A stretch of DNA of 64,000 bases from a virus (IMGVR_UViG_3300021431_000003:64001-128000), one strand, 5' to 3'; positions 38,772 through 49,644 are shown, counted from the stretch's first letter. Numbers and translations: made by a program. Notes: a model not told the origin generated them from the sequence alone.

Positions 38772-40820
38772 ATGAAAAAATTCGATAATGATTTGTTGAT
38801 TGGTAATTATCCTCCTGGATATGACTTAGCATTGTTTAATACAATCTATCATTATCCACAGAAGGATAATAATGGAAAATGGAGACCTGGAGTAATTGAC
38901 CTTATTATTAAAGATAATGAAACAGGAGAGAAGTTTCTTGAAACTATTGTAGACCCGTTATATGAGTATTATATGCTTAAACCAGATGTAATGGTACCGA
39001 GTTACAATCTTGAATATGCAATGATAGATGACTGTAAGTGTATATTAGCACCTTATGGTCAACTTCAGAAAGATATTGCTGAACGTCTTGGAGAGCTTGA
39101 TAAGTTTTGGGAAAATATTCGTAACGGTAATAGAGAAGCAAATAAACGTTTGTGTAATTATCATCCTGCAGTATTAATGTCTGATATGGATATTGAAGAT
39201 AATATTCGTTTTCAGTTCTCACACACTTATGCTAATACGTATAAGAAAGCTTCGAAGTCTTATCTGGATATTGAGGCAGATACAATTCATTGTAAAGGTG
39301 ACTTTGTAGAGATGGGTGAGTGTCCGATTAATGCGGTATCATTTATTGATGACCAGTCATTAGTTATTCATTCATTCTTGTTGAGAAATGATGAGAATCC
39401 ATTGATTACAGAATTTGAAAAGATGGCTAATACACCAACAATGGAAAGTGAATTAAAGTCATTTTTAATAGATGCAGTTGGTGGTCCAGCTAATGCTGAT
39501 AAGTATAAAGTAAATCAGATGAGAGTACAATTCCATTTCTATGATGAGAAAGATGAATTAACAATGCTCAAGCATCTGTTTAATTATATTAATAATCTGA
39601 AACCAGATTTTGTATTGGCTTGGAATATGGCATTCGATATTCCGTATATCATTCAGAGAATCATTAATCTTGGTGCTAATCCAAAAGATATTATGTGTAG
39701 TCCAGATTTCAGATTCAAAGAAGTTAAATACTTCATTGATGAAAGAAACGAATTCAATTATGAAGAACGTAATGACTTTGCGAAGATTAGTTCTTATTCT
39801 GTATATCTTGACCAAATGATTCATTTTGCATCTAGAAGAAAAGGACGAGCAGCATTACCGTCTTATAGATTGGATTTCATTGGACAGATGACTTGTGGAG
39901 TTAAGAAACTCGATTATAGTCATATTACTCATAACCTTGCAGAGTTACCTTATAAAGATTATAAGACATTTGTATTCTATAATATCATGGATACAATTGT
40001 ACAGTATTGTATTGAATTCAAATCTGCGGATATTGATTCAGCATATAATAATGTACTTCTGAATAATACACGTTGGAGTAAGATTTATAGACAGACTGTA
40101 TATCTTAAGAATAGACAAGCCATCTTTAATTATAAGAATGGTTTTATTACAGGTAACAATGTAAATGCAAATACACCTAAAGTATCTTTCCCTGGTGCAT
40201 TTGTAGCAGACCCGAAACTCAATAGTGATTATTCAAAGCTTAGAATTAATGGTCGTCCAGTATCTATATATGATAACTTAGACGACTTTGATTATAAAGC
40301 TCTGTATCCGAGTATCACATCCGAATTTAATATGTCTCGTACAACTCTTATTGGTCATCTTACTATACCAGAAAAAGTATATGAATTTGAGAATAGATTT
40401 AATAGAGATGAGATTAAATGGAGAAGAGAAGCTCAGTTTATGGATGATTTACAATCACATAACTGGATTGAATTTTTCCATCGTTGGTTCCATTTTGGCA
40501 GTTATGAAGACATATATGATGATGTAATTGAATACTTTACTAAAGTTAAGTATCCTATGGGTGTATTGACATATCATAATTTTGATGATGTATCTGGTAC
40601 TCCTGAAGAAGATAATCGTAATGTATTTGTTCATTGTTCTACAGCAAGAGATTTACAGATTGTAGATGCTATTGCAAGTAAGAAACTAGATTATATGCAT
40701 CAACCGAGATTTGAGTTTGAAAAGTCTGACTTTAATAACTTTACAGAAATCTTTAATAGTCTTAAGGATGGTTATCTGTATAGTAAACCTAGACAAGTGG
40801 AGGATAGTAACAATGGATAA
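38772..40820 (+). CDS. Split family-B DNA polymerase, 3'-5' exonuclease + motif A subunit
   Basis: ExoI YLDIEAD, ExoII AWNMAFDIPY, ExoIII YNIMD, FPGAFV, motif A DFDYKALYPS; motifs B and C absent. Confidence 0.88.
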   Translation: MKKFDNDLLIGNYPPGYDLALFNTIYHYPQKDNNGKWRPGVIDLIIKDNETGEKFLETIVDPLYEYYMLKPDVMVPSYNLEYAMIDDCKCILAPYGQLQKDIAERLGELDKFWENIRNGNREANKRLCNYHPAVLMSDMDIEDNIRFQFSHTYANTYKKASKSYLDIEADTIHCKGDFVEMGECPINAVSFIDDQSLVIHSFLLRNDENPLITEFEKMANTPTMESELKSFLIDAVGGPANADKYKVNQMRVQFHFYDEKDELTMLKHLFNYINNLKPDFVLAWNMAFDIPYIIQRIINLGANPKDIMCSPDFRFKEVKYFIDERNEFNYEERNDFAKISSYSVYLDQMIHFASRRKGRAALPSYRLDFIGQMTCGVKKLDYSHITHNLAELPYKDYKTFVFYNIMDTIVQYCIEFKSADIDSAYNNVLLNNTRWSKIYRQTVYLKNRQAIFNYKNGFITGNNVNANTPKVSFPGAFVADPKLNSDYSKLRINGRPVSIYDNLDDFDYKALYPSITSEFNMSRTTLIGHLTIPEKVYEFENRFNRDEIKWRREAQFMDDLQSHNWIEFFHRWFHFGSYEDIYDDVIEYFTKVKYPMGVLTYHNFDDVSGTPEEDNRNVFVHCSTARDLQIVDAIASKKLDYMHQPRFEFEKSDFNNFTEIFNSLKDGYLYSKPRQVEDSNNG

Positions 40821-41418
40821 CAAGGTGGCAATGATATTTGAACAGTATGTAAAAGACCTTAAGATGTCTGCAACCGAACAGTATGTATATGTCGTCAGAG
40901 ATGATTTCTTTGGCGACATAGTCTTTACTGTAAACTCTACAAGTCTAAGTATGATGAAGTGTCCAGAATTATCTGATAAGTATTTTGGTAAGATGATATA
41001 CGCTGATTTCATAAGACAGAAGACTATTGGATTTGAAACAGAGATTGGTATTCTTGATAATAATGACTTCATAACTCTATACAATTGTAAAGAAAGATTT
41101 AACAGAAGTATCAGAATATTGAATCAGTTTAAATTCGATATACAGAGTGCAGATAAGATAAATCAGAAGTATGCATTAAATGAAGAAGAAGACTTCTTTA
41201 ATAATGTATTAACTCGTAAAGCTGATGAAGGTGCAGGAAGATATATCTTCAATGATAATATTATGTATACAGCACCTTGTATGTTTCCAGGTAGTAAAAC
41301 AACTGGTATAGATGTAACTAGTTATTATAAGACTGGTAATGATTATTATATCTCGTTGTTTAATACTCATAAAAAAACTGGTGATGTAATAACACTAATG
41401 AGATTCTTATGTTTATAA
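40813..41418 (+). CDS. Hypothetical protein
   Basis: GGAGG RBS overlapping the polymerase 3' end; start moved to 40813. Confidence 0.75.
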   Translation: MDNKVAMIFEQYVKDLKMSATEQYVYVVRDDFFGDIVFTVNSTSLSMMKCPELSDKYFGKMIYADFIRQKTIGFETEIGILDNNDFITLYNCKERFNRSIRILNQFKFDIQSADKINQKYALNEEEDFFNNVLTRKADEGAGRYIFNDNIMYTAPCMFPGSKTTGIDVTSYYKTGNDYYISLFNTHKKTGDVITLMRFLCL

Positions 41419-41424
41419 TAAAAA

Positions 41425-41456
41425 ATAATGGGGTCGTTTATTCGACCCCATTATTT
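41425..41456. terminator. Bidirectional terminator
   Basis: ATAATGGGGTCG..CGACCCCATTAT with A/T flanks. Confidence 0.85.
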
Positions 41457-41464
41457 TGTTGTGT

Positions 41465-41761
41465 TTAGTCTATAGCCCAAATGCATCCATTATATATTAG
41501 AAGCATTTGAATAAACGAATTGCTCATTCTAGAGAATTCTTCGACAAGATTGAATCCTGTCTTCTCTTCGAATTCCATCATAAACTTAGCAGCATCCTCT
41601 GAGTTTATGGTTCCGTACGGATTACCAAGGAGTCTGTATAATATATTCTCCTTGAAAAAATCCGAGAACTCATATATGTTGTTATGTACTACATCATCAA
41701 CATCGAACTCCTTTCCAAAGTACTTGTTTACAGCATTGATAAACTTCTCTGCATCTTTCAT
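41465..41761 (-). CDS. Hypothetical early protein
   Basis: GGAGG RBS, early-type promoter, structured leader. Confidence 0.75.
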   Translation of the reverse strand: MKDAEKFINAVNKYFGKEFDVDDVVHNNIYEFSDFFKENILYRLLGNPYGTINSEDAAKFMMEFEEKTGFNLVEEFSRMSNSFIQMLLIYNGCIWAID

Positions 41762-41777
41762 TTTGATTCCTCCAATT

Positions 41778-41836
41778 TACAGGTCAAATATTTTATAACT
41801 GTTTTCGGTAACCTGTATTCATATATATTATATATA
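41778..41836 (-). promoter_or_regulatory. Early-type promoter plus conserved structured leader
   Basis: TATATAATATATATG then TACAGGTTACCGAAAACAGTTATAAA..GACCTGTA. Confidence 0.55.
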
Positions 41837-41861
41837 ATCTCTCTTAGTTTTGCACAACCTC

Positions 41862-41873
41862 AACAATTTAGTA
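41862..41873 (+). promoter_or_regulatory. Late-type promoter
   Basis: AACAatttagTAa. Confidence 0.7.
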
Positions 41874-41900
41874 ATACTAATTGAGAAGGAGGTATTCCAA

Positions 41901-44201
41901 TTGGCTAAGAACGATAAGAAACGCTCATCTAATGGGCTTATAAAAAGACTTACTGATACAGTCCAGAATAATCTGGATAATCTATATCAAAAGACTTATT
42001 ATTCTCAACCTAGTAACAAACAAGATATCGAGAATATAAAAAACAAACTTGATACATCTATTGATAATATCGTTACAACCAATAGAAATAATACTGGTAA
42101 CGGTACAATGTCTACTTTATATTCTAGAATTCAAGCTGCTCCTATGTTAGGTGGACAAGGTGATGAACAGGCAAAGAAACTTGAAGAATTGATTAATGAT
42201 AATCAGGTTATTGAATCTGGTTTGATGGGATTTATTAATAATACTACTACAGTATTTGATTATGATAATAAGATTGATACAATTCTTAAGTATATGCCTA
42301 AGTTACAAGAGGCAATTGATACTAGAAAGGATAACGTATTATCAGCTGACCATTTCTCTAAGGACTTTATCAATATTACATCATCTAATATCAATAATGA
42401 TACAGAAACTTATAATGAGCATATCAAATACATTAAAGATACATATAAGATTCAAGACTTAGTAGATGAGATTTATGATAAAGCATCTAAATACGGTGAA
42501 GCTTTTGTATATGTAGTACCATATAAGAAAGCTGTAGCTAGACTGCTTCGTAATAAGAATAATATTAGAGCAGATTTAAATATAAGAGAACAGACTATCG
42601 TTTCAGAATCTGGTAATATAAGTATGGAATCACTACCTAAAGATCTAACTCAAAAAGATTTTGAAGATGCTGGTATTGGTAATATTAAACTTGAATGTTA
42701 TACAGGAGCAATTAATTCAATTGTAGAAAACTGTATGCGTTTTGAAAAAGCAGCTAAATCATTGAACGAGATGTCATTGAATTATGAAGGTGCAAATTTC
42801 TCAGAAGTAACGATTCTTGAAGCGGCTGAGAATGTACGCGATGTTGTAAAGGGACAGTTTGACAGGACTATTAAAGATGATTTATCATTTGATGGGTTTG
42901 ATGATAGAGGTCAAGACGGTCTTGTTGATAAGAATAAAGTAAAGAAGAAGGGTAAAGACGATAAGTATATTAATGTACCTGGTACTATTATCAGAATACT
43001 AGAAAGAAAACATGTTATTCCAATTTATATTGATGAATACTGTTTTGGATATTACTATATTGAAGTAGAAGGTCCTTATAATCCAGTAGGTGATTATGAT
43101 AAGATGCAAGACCCTACAATGTCTCTTAAGGGTTCTAACTCTATCTTATCTACAAATAGTATGATGGACCAAACTCAAAAGCAGAACAATATTATTCGTT
43201 ATCTATCTAATCAGATTTCTAATTTTATTGATGCTAAGTTTATTAATACTAACCAAGACCTTAGACAAGAGATTTATACTATTCTTAAGTATAATCAAGA
43301 TAATAACTCTTCTAAGATGAATAAGATTAGAGTTACATTTATTCCTCCTGATGATATGGAACATGTATACTTCAGAATGAATAAGGACACACATAGAGGT
43401 ATCTCTGATTTAGATAAGTCTCTTTTCCCAGCTACATTATTCTCTAGTATGTATATCACACATACTATCTGGAATATGACACGTGCTCAAGATAAACGCG
43501 TATATTATGTAAATCAGAATGTAGATACTAATATCTCTAAGACATTATTAAACACTATTAACCAGATTAAGAAAGGTAACTTTGGTATTCGTCAAATTGA
43601 GAATATTAACCATATTCTTAATATAACTGGTATGTTTAATGATTATATTATCCCTAGAGGTCCTGGTGGTACTCCAATTGATTTTGAAGTAATGCAAGGT
43701 CAATCTGTAGAGTATCAATCTGAATTGATGAATATGTTAGAAGAGGCTGCAGTAAATGCAACCGATGTTCCTATGGAAATGATTCAGATGCGTAACTCTG
43801 TAGATTATGCATCCCAGTTAACAATGTCATCTTCTAAGTTCTTACGTAAAGTATATAATCGTCAATCTAAGTTTCAGAAAAACATTACACGTATTGTAAA
43901 TAATATTTATAACAATGAATTTGATGATAATATTACATTAAATGTAGTATTACCTCCACCAATGTTTTTAAATATTACTAATACAAACCAGATGATGACC
44001 AACGTAAATGAATACTCTCAGTCGGTAGCACAATTGATTCTTGATCCAGATGAAGAAGAGCCAATCAAGAATGAAGTTATCCGTGAGATTAACAAATTCA
44101 ATCTTGGTTCTTATCTTAATATTCCTGAGTTGGAAGAGATTGCACATAAAGCTAAGCAACGTATGGCTGCAGAAAGTAATGAAGAAAACGGAGAAGAATA
44201 A
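41901..44201 (+). CDS. Portal protein
   Basis: TTG start after AAGGAGG; YGEAFVY and RAQDKRVYYVN resemble T4 gp20-type portal motifs (RAPERRIFY). Confidence 0.75.
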   Translation: MAKNDKKRSSNGLIKRLTDTVQNNLDNLYQKTYYSQPSNKQDIENIKNKLDTSIDNIVTTNRNNTGNGTMSTLYSRIQAAPMLGGQGDEQAKKLEELINDNQVIESGLMGFINNTTTVFDYDNKIDTILKYMPKLQEAIDTRKDNVLSADHFSKDFINITSSNINNDTETYNEHIKYIKDTYKIQDLVDEIYDKASKYGEAFVYVVPYKKAVARLLRNKNNIRADLNIREQTIVSESGNISMESLPKDLTQKDFEDAGIGNIKLECYTGAINSIVENCMRFEKAAKSLNEMSLNYEGANFSEVTILEAAENVRDVVKGQFDRTIKDDLSFDGFDDRGQDGLVDKNKVKKKGKDDKYINVPGTIIRILERKHVIPIYIDEYCFGYYYIEVEGPYNPVGDYDKMQDPTMSLKGSNSILSTNSMMDQTQKQNNIIRYLSNQISNFIDAKFINTNQDLRQEIYTILKYNQDNNSSKMNKIRVTFIPPDDMEHVYFRMNKDTHRGISDLDKSLFPATLFSSMYITHTIWNMTRAQDKRVYYVNQNVDTNISKTLLNTINQIKKGNFGIRQIENINHILNITGMFNDYIIPRGPGGTPIDFEVMQGQSVEYQSELMNMLEEAAVNATDVPMEMIQMRNSVDYASQLTMSSSKFLRKVYNRQSKFQKNITRIVNNIYNNEFDDNITLNVVLPPPMFLNITNTNQMMTNVNEYSQSVAQLILDPDEEEPIKNEVIREINKFNLGSYLNIPELEEIAHKAKQRMAAESNEENGEE

Positions 44202-44205
44202 AGAA

Positions 44206-44232
44206 ATCCCCAGTGACCGAAGTCACTGGGGA
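44206..44232. terminator. Bidirectional terminator
   Basis: TCCCCAGTGAC-cgaa-GTCACTGGGGA between convergent genes. Confidence 0.85.
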
Positions 44233-44244
44233 ATTTTATTTTTA

Positions 44245-45390
44245 TTATCGAAGAGTGTTAGTGGTATTGTAGCGTTTTACACGTGCTGCTTGAATTTCTT
44301 GTGCTGCATTATTATGAGCTTCATTGATAAAGTGTTCTCTATCATCACCACTCATAGAAGCTACAGCATCTGCGTATCTAAAGTTTTCACCGCCACCATT
44401 AGTACCTTCTTCAGTACCAATGGTTACACCAACATACGCTCTATTATCACTGTTAACCTGAGTATCCATTTCTTCACCAACTGCATTACCGTTAGATTCA
44501 TTGAAATAACCAGGCGACTTGTATTTATTATCACCATCATGAATACCAGCCTGTGCAATAGCGTTGTACTTGAAGTTATTGCTATCAACGATAACTCTAG
44601 AATTGGTAATATTTGCAGGATTACGCATAGCAAGAAGCATATCCTGAGCCTTCTGATATACAAAGTCGTTATTGATGAAGAATCCATTGAACGGCAGAGA
44701 TACTTCTGCGAACTGGATATCACCCTTATTACCAGTATAAAGGTCAGAATAGTTTGCTGTGGTAGGCTGACAAGCTGCAATAAGGAATGCACGCTCAATC
44801 TTAGTCATAGTGTTATCTGTAAGGAAGTACATGAACGAGAAGCACTCCTGATGAGGACCTGGGTCTTTACCAGAAACAGTATCAACACCATTAAAGGTCC
44901 AAGCATCGATAAGACCATGATAATGTTTAACCTGAGTATCTGGGTCCTTAATACCCGTAAGATAAAGCTCATGAGCCTTAGTCAGGATAGAACCAGAACG
45001 CTCGTAGTAGTTAAGCGAGAAGTTAGAGTTAGTAGGCTTCATAACCTTATTGATAACACTAACAGAACGAATACCGTTAGTAATTTCACCAGTTTCACCA
45101 GTGATATTATCAACGTTATCAATACCTCTGAAGTCATTCTCAAGAATATGAACATAGTTGTTAACAATAGTTCTAATATTCTCGTCCTGCATAGCAAGAT
45201 CTCTCAGGAACTGAGGAATGGATACTACACAGAGAAATGGATAACCCTTTTCATAGAGGTCCCACTGCTCCAGGTTACTAAAGTCAGTAACACCTCTCAT
45301 AAGATTAAAGTTGAGAAGCTCACGAGGGGTCTTTAAGCCTTTGAATGCACCACTAGTAGCTACAGAAGTAGGCGTTGCGTGATTTGCCAT
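44245..45390 (-). CDS. Tail tube protein (probable)
   Basis: Immediately downstream of the sheath gene, high-expression codon bias, beta-rich. Confidence 0.7.
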   Translation of the reverse strand: MANHATPTSVATSGAFKGLKTPRELLNFNLMRGVTDFSNLEQWDLYEKGYPFLCVVSIPQFLRDLAMQDENIRTIVNNYVHILENDFRGIDNVDNITGETGEITNGIRSVSVINKVMKPTNSNFSLNYYERSGSILTKAHELYLTGIKDPDTQVKHYHGLIDAWTFNGVDTVSGKDPGPHQECFSFMYFLTDNTMTKIERAFLIAACQPTTANYSDLYTGNKGDIQFAEVSLPFNGFFINNDFVYQKAQDMLLAMRNPANITNSRVIVDSNNFKYNAIAQAGIHDGDNKYKSPGYFNESNGNAVGEEMDTQVNSDNRAYVGVTIGTEEGTNGGGENFRYADAVASMSGDDREHFINEAHNNAAQEIQAARVKRYNTTNTLR

Positions 45391-45406
45391 AAGTTATCCC
45401 CCTTTC

Positions 45407-48400
45407 TTAAATACTGGTTACAGTACTAGAGAGAGTAGAATAATTCAGTGCAGTAAGTTCGAAGATTTCAGCCTGAGCAAATGGTCTGAATACAACTTCG
45501 ATTGCTGCATAGAAAATCTTATTTTCTAGTGCTGCATCATCTTGTACATACTTGAACGTAATCTTTGCAAACTTATTTCTCCAAGGCTTCATAGCAGTCT
45601 CGACAGCATCCTTATATACAGTGAGGTCATCAGCTGTAATGAACTGATATCTAGCTGCTGGGCAAGCCTTACGAATAGCCTGCATCATCATACAAACAAG
45701 AGCAACATTGTTCCAGTAAGAGAATTCACTCTCAGTAGGATTCATAGTATACTCAGTTTCGATAGAGAATCTATCATCATAGTAGCAACCATAGTTAACT
45801 CTAAGGTCACACATAAGCTGCTTCTCGTTGATGATAGTAGCATCATCTGATGGATATACACCACCAACGTTATTGAGAGAAGTCATCTCAGAAGTTGGAT
45901 AAATCTTAGGAATGTAGTTTACAGTACCCTCAATGATATTACCGATAGTAATACCATTAGCAATACCAGCAAATACATCTCCGATACTGTTTCTAAAATG
46001 ACTGATATAAAGGTTAGAAAGACCATAGGTACCAGTAACCTGAATTACTCTGTTATCATATGGATTTCTAATCTTATAGTAGAGACAAGTAACTGCAATA
46101 TGCATATCTCTTACATAAGCATATTCGGAAGTTTCAGATGTGAGGTCAAGACCAGTTTCAGTTCCTGGAATAATCTCTGCACAATCCTCATAACTCTTAA
46201 CCTTGCCGATACCCATGTCCATATAGCACATGAAGTCACCGCGATAAGCCGCAAGTCTCTGCATTGCAAGCTTAACATCATTATCGTAGTTAGCATCAAA
46301 TACTGCATTCGGGAAATAAATATCAAGGTTAAAGATATCCTTATCGAATTCACCAGCAAAGAATCTGTAATACTGTCTCTGATAAATCTTATCAATAGAA
46401 TATGGAATCTTTACTTCGGTAAGAGTATAAGTTGCTGTCTTGATATTCTTATCAATCCAAACAGACCACTTATTAGCTACAGCATATGCCTTTGCGAGAG
46501 TACCATCTGGATCCTCTTCAAGTGTAAATACTCTAGACATTTGCTGAGTTTTAGTAGTAGGAACAATATAACATGGCGTTCCCGTCTGGTCATCAACGGT
46601 GAATCTCTTTGCCTCAATCATAGGAATCTTAACAGATACAAAGTTCTCAGGAACGATTGCAGCATCGTTAAGGTCGAATGTTTCGGAAGAAACAATAAAT
46701 CCGTTCTTATGACCAGTAATAGCCATAATTTCAGACATAGAATTTCCGTACAGACCAGAATTGCTATCAGGTTTATTCGTATAGTCTTCATCGAATACGA
46801 ATACTGGTACAATTGCAGCATTCTTAAATGCTCTACCAGACCACTGTTCATCAGCTGGATTCTTAGCAAGATTATAACCATTAGAACCAAATTCAAGTCT
46901 TTCAAGAATACCCTTATTAGTTCTAATCCAGTTATAATAATAACCTTTTGCTACGAGATTTTCATCCTTAGACGTCATATTCTCCCAATCACAATATGCA
47001 TTAACAGTAATCGTATCGTTATCAAATACATCAAGATGTGAGTAGTCATAGAGATATGCTACTCTCTTGAGGAGATTAGATACTGCATAAGAACTGAATG
47101 CGTTGTACTTACCATTGAGAGCATGACCAAACAGGATATCATAAGTACCGATAAGGTCATTATCACTTGTACCAAGAATTAACTGGAGAGTTTCGAGAAG
47201 TGCATCATAAGCTTCATAATAAGTCTTAACAGAAATCTGGTTAGAATTATAATTTACTGTACTTTCAATATCAAATGTATAGCCAGTACTGTTATTTCTA
47301 GTATAAGGATTGAGAGAGAATGAGAATGTCTCAAGTTTCTTAGAAGTAGCGTAATTATAAACAGTAAGCTTATAAATAGATTTCTTCATAGTAACAGACG
47401 AAGTAGTATCATACTCAATACCGATAGTCTTGATAGATTCACCACGACCATTATCGAAAATAGAGAACAGTGGGAATACCCACTCAGAAATGATATAACC
47501 ACTAGCCTTAGTCATGAGGTCATTAATAAGTCTCGTGGTGCTATCATAAGGAGTAGTATCAATAACATCTTCACCCTTATTATACTTAGAAACAACAATT
47601 CTATTGTTTTCATCTACCGTAGCAATACCCTGAATAATTGCACGTTCAAATACGCCACTATCGACATATTCCTTAGTGTTCCAAGAATCTTTTACAATAT
47701 CGTAGAGGTCTGTTTCATTAGTAAAGAATCTGCTAATATCTACATTTTCAGCAACCTGTTTAAATGTAGGGTTAGAACCGCCATTTGTAGAATCTACTTC
47801 CCAATGACCAGTATATTCTCCACTATCTTCTTCGGTTTCAGCTACTACATATTTCATAATAGTATAGCCGCCACCTTCAGTAGAATAGTCCTTAAACATT
47901 CTATCTGTATTAGAAACAGTATTGATACCAGCACTTGTTTCTTTAATGATATCGGTCTCAGCGTCAAATACAGAAGAATAAGTCTTCTGTTTGCCACTAG
48001 TAAGACCAGTTGTAACATTTACTATCTTTCTTACAAGGTTTTTACCATCTTTATTGATATCGACAACTCTATTGTCATTATCATAATAAACAGACTGAGA
48101 AAAACCAGAAAGAATACCAGTAGTAGTATTCGGGTCGGAGATAAGCTTAGAAAGAAATCTACTATCAGGTGTATCTTCATTAGCTACAACGTCGATAATA
48201 TAATTCTTATAGAGGTCATATCTCTCCTTATGTTCATCAAGCTTAACATTTGCAAAAGTATAATTGTTATCGTTCTTTACACTAAACATAAGAGGAGCGA
48301 TAGAATACTTTTCAGGAGCATCTGCTGCTACTTCGATAGACCTGATTAAAGCTTCATTATTTTCTTCAGTAGTAATAGTTACTTCCTTGTACTTAGTAAG

Positions 48401-48721
48401 AACAACAGCAAGAGTTGCATTACCAAGAGTAGCGTCATCAAGAACAGCTCTCTTTGCAAGAATAGCAGCACCGTTATTAATATTCATAGAAGCCTGGAAC
48501 AGAGGCTGGCCATACTTCTTGAAATCAATGTTATCCTGTGTGCCATATCTATCGTAGAAATTGTTACCATAAGATAAAGTGATACCTTCAGGACCCTTAA
48601 CAGAAGCAAAGGTACTGAGGTAGGTAACTGCATCGGCAGGATTTGTAGTGGTAACTGGTACCATTGCAGTAGCCTGAGAGTTATCATACACTTTAAATTG
48701 TGTACCAGGATATCTACTCAT
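45407..48721 (-). CDS. Tail sheath protein
   Basis: N-terminal YPGT, FASVKGPE..FYDRYG; C-terminal FDANY..RGD..D and IFYAAIEVVF typical of contractile sheaths. Confidence 0.82.
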   Translation of the reverse strand: MSRYPGTQFKVYDNSQATAMVPVTTTNPADAVTYLSTFASVKGPEGITLSYGNNFYDRYGTQDNIDFKKYGQPLFQASMNINNGAAILAKRAVLDDATLGNATLAVVLTKYKEVTITTEENNEALIRSIEVAADAPEKYSIAPLMFSVKNDNNYTFANVKLDEHKERYDLYKNYIIDVVANEDTPDSRFLSKLISDPNTTTGILSGFSQSVYYDNDNRVVDINKDGKNLVRKIVNVTTGLTSGKQKTYSSVFDAETDIIKETSAGINTVSNTDRMFKDYSTEGGGYTIMKYVVAETEEDSGEYTGHWEVDSTNGGSNPTFKQVAENVDISRFFTNETDLYDIVKDSWNTKEYVDSGVFERAIIQGIATVDENNRIVVSKYNKGEDVIDTTPYDSTTRLINDLMTKASGYIISEWVFPLFSIFDNGRGESIKTIGIEYDTTSSVTMKKSIYKLTVYNYATSKKLETFSFSLNPYTRNNSTGYTFDIESTVNYNSNQISVKTYYEAYDALLETLQLILGTSDNDLIGTYDILFGHALNGKYNAFSSYAVSNLLKRVAYLYDYSHLDVFDNDTITVNAYCDWENMTSKDENLVAKGYYYNWIRTNKGILERLEFGSNGYNLAKNPADEQWSGRAFKNAAIVPVFVFDEDYTNKPDSNSGLYGNSMSEIMAITGHKNGFIVSSETFDLNDAAIVPENFVSVKIPMIEAKRFTVDDQTGTPCYIVPTTKTQQMSRVFTLEEDPDGTLAKAYAVANKWSVWIDKNIKTATYTLTEVKIPYSIDKIYQRQYYRFFAGEFDKDIFNLDIYFPNAVFDANYDNDVKLAMQRLAAYRGDFMCYMDMGIGKVKSYEDCAEIIPGTETGLDLTSETSEYAYVRDMHIAVTCLYYKIRNPYDNRVIQVTGTYGLSNLYISHFRNSIGDVFAGIANGITIGNIIEGTVNYIPKIYPTSEMTSLNNVGGVYPSDDATIINEKQLMCDLRVNYGCYYDDRFSIETEYTMNPTESEFSYWNNVALVCMMMQAIRKACPAARYQFITADDLTVYKDAVETAMKPWRNKFAKITFKYVQDDAALENKIFYAAIEVVFRPFAQAEIFELTALNYSTLSSTVTSI

Positions 48722-48814
48722 GTTTTATCCTCCTTTATTAAAAATTTTGTTATAATATTTTATTATTTGTGTGTGTGTGGTTAGTCAAGTAGTATGTGAG
48801 GCTACTAGACCATT

Positions 48815-48826
48815 TATCTTTATGTT
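48815..48826 (-). promoter_or_regulatory. Late-type promoter
   Basis: AACAtaaagaTAa. Confidence 0.7.
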
Positions 48827-48841
48827 AAAAATCTACGACTC

Positions 48842-49564
48842 TCAATCCATCATAATCTTCTCAAGAGGAGAGTCTTTATTACTATCTGCTGTAATAGAGG
48901 AGATAACTGCTTTATCCCACTCTTCTGATTGAATAGCAGTAAATGGTGATGTTCCTCTAGGTACATCTTTAATAGAAATCCACTGATACGCAGTATTATC
49001 AGAGTTATCAGTAATTCTAAATGGTGTATCAATATCTTTATTAGAACGGCATAGCTCTCCAATTACAACTCCAATAAGTTGTAAAGATACTCCATAACCG
49101 TTACCAGTAATTTGTGCATTTCTTAAAAAGTAATTCTGAAGTTCATCATAAGGAATATTATTAGGAAGTGCACCTGTATCAAGTGCAGAATACCAACGTT
49201 GGATATTCTCTGCATCTTGAGCGATATTATAGTTTATAACAATAACTCCTTCTTTATAATATTTTAGAATACGATAATCTTCAGGTTTGTTATTCTTTGT
49301 TAATACAATTCCCTTAGCAATTTCAATCTCATCTGGCTTAGTGAGAAATGTATTAGGGAATTTAAAGTTTCTCAGCTTTCCGATTGGTTTATCATTCTTG
49401 TCAAAAAGAGCATAAGGTATTACTCCAAACAGAGCAATACATTCACCAATAAACTCTGCAAGTTTATTAGAAAAGAACTTCTCAGGAACATAGAATTTAA
49501 AACAACCATCATTAGCAAATACATAAGAGTCACCTTTAACTTTAATGAAGCTAGGTGTATCCAT
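48842..49564 (-). CDS. Putative RNA polymerase beta' extreme C-terminal fragment (virion RNAP)
   Basis: C-terminus aligns by eye with the C-terminus of 21267-23480 (IGVVIGELCR~LEIIIMNQIR; SPFTAIQSE~SITIAMQSE; DSPLE~PSPYD); late promoter 49595-49606. Confidence 0.55.
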   Translation of the reverse strand: MDTPSFIKVKGDSYVFANDGCFKFYVPEKFFSNKLAEFIGECIALFGVIPYALFDKNDKPIGKLRNFKFPNTFLTKPDEIEIAKGIVLTKNNKPEDYRILKYYKEGVIVINYNIAQDAENIQRWYSALDTGALPNNIPYDELQNYFLRNAQITGNGYGVSLQLIGVVIGELCRSNKDIDTPFRITDNSDNTAYQWISIKDVPRGTSPFTAIQSEEWDKAVISSITADSNKDSPLEKIMMD

Positions 49565-49628
49565 GTATATCGCCTCCTATCTATATCAATTTATTACTTG
49601 GATGTTAAAGGTATAAAAATTGTGGGTT

Positions 49629-49644
49629 ATATATAATAGATATG
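49629..49644 (+). promoter_or_regulatory. Early-type promoter
   Basis: TATATAATAGATATG. Confidence 0.55.

Noticed and set aside
44041-45336. 431-aa + strand ORF and other long antisense ORFs (45998-47041, 8788-9492, 31326-31961, 22563-23360, 54002-54583)
   Set aside because: Shadow frames opposite strongly biased genes; no RBS and atypical composition
48768-48779. (GT)n microsatellite upstream of the sheath gene
   Set aside because: Only about 5 units in an untranslated leader; no evidence for phase variation
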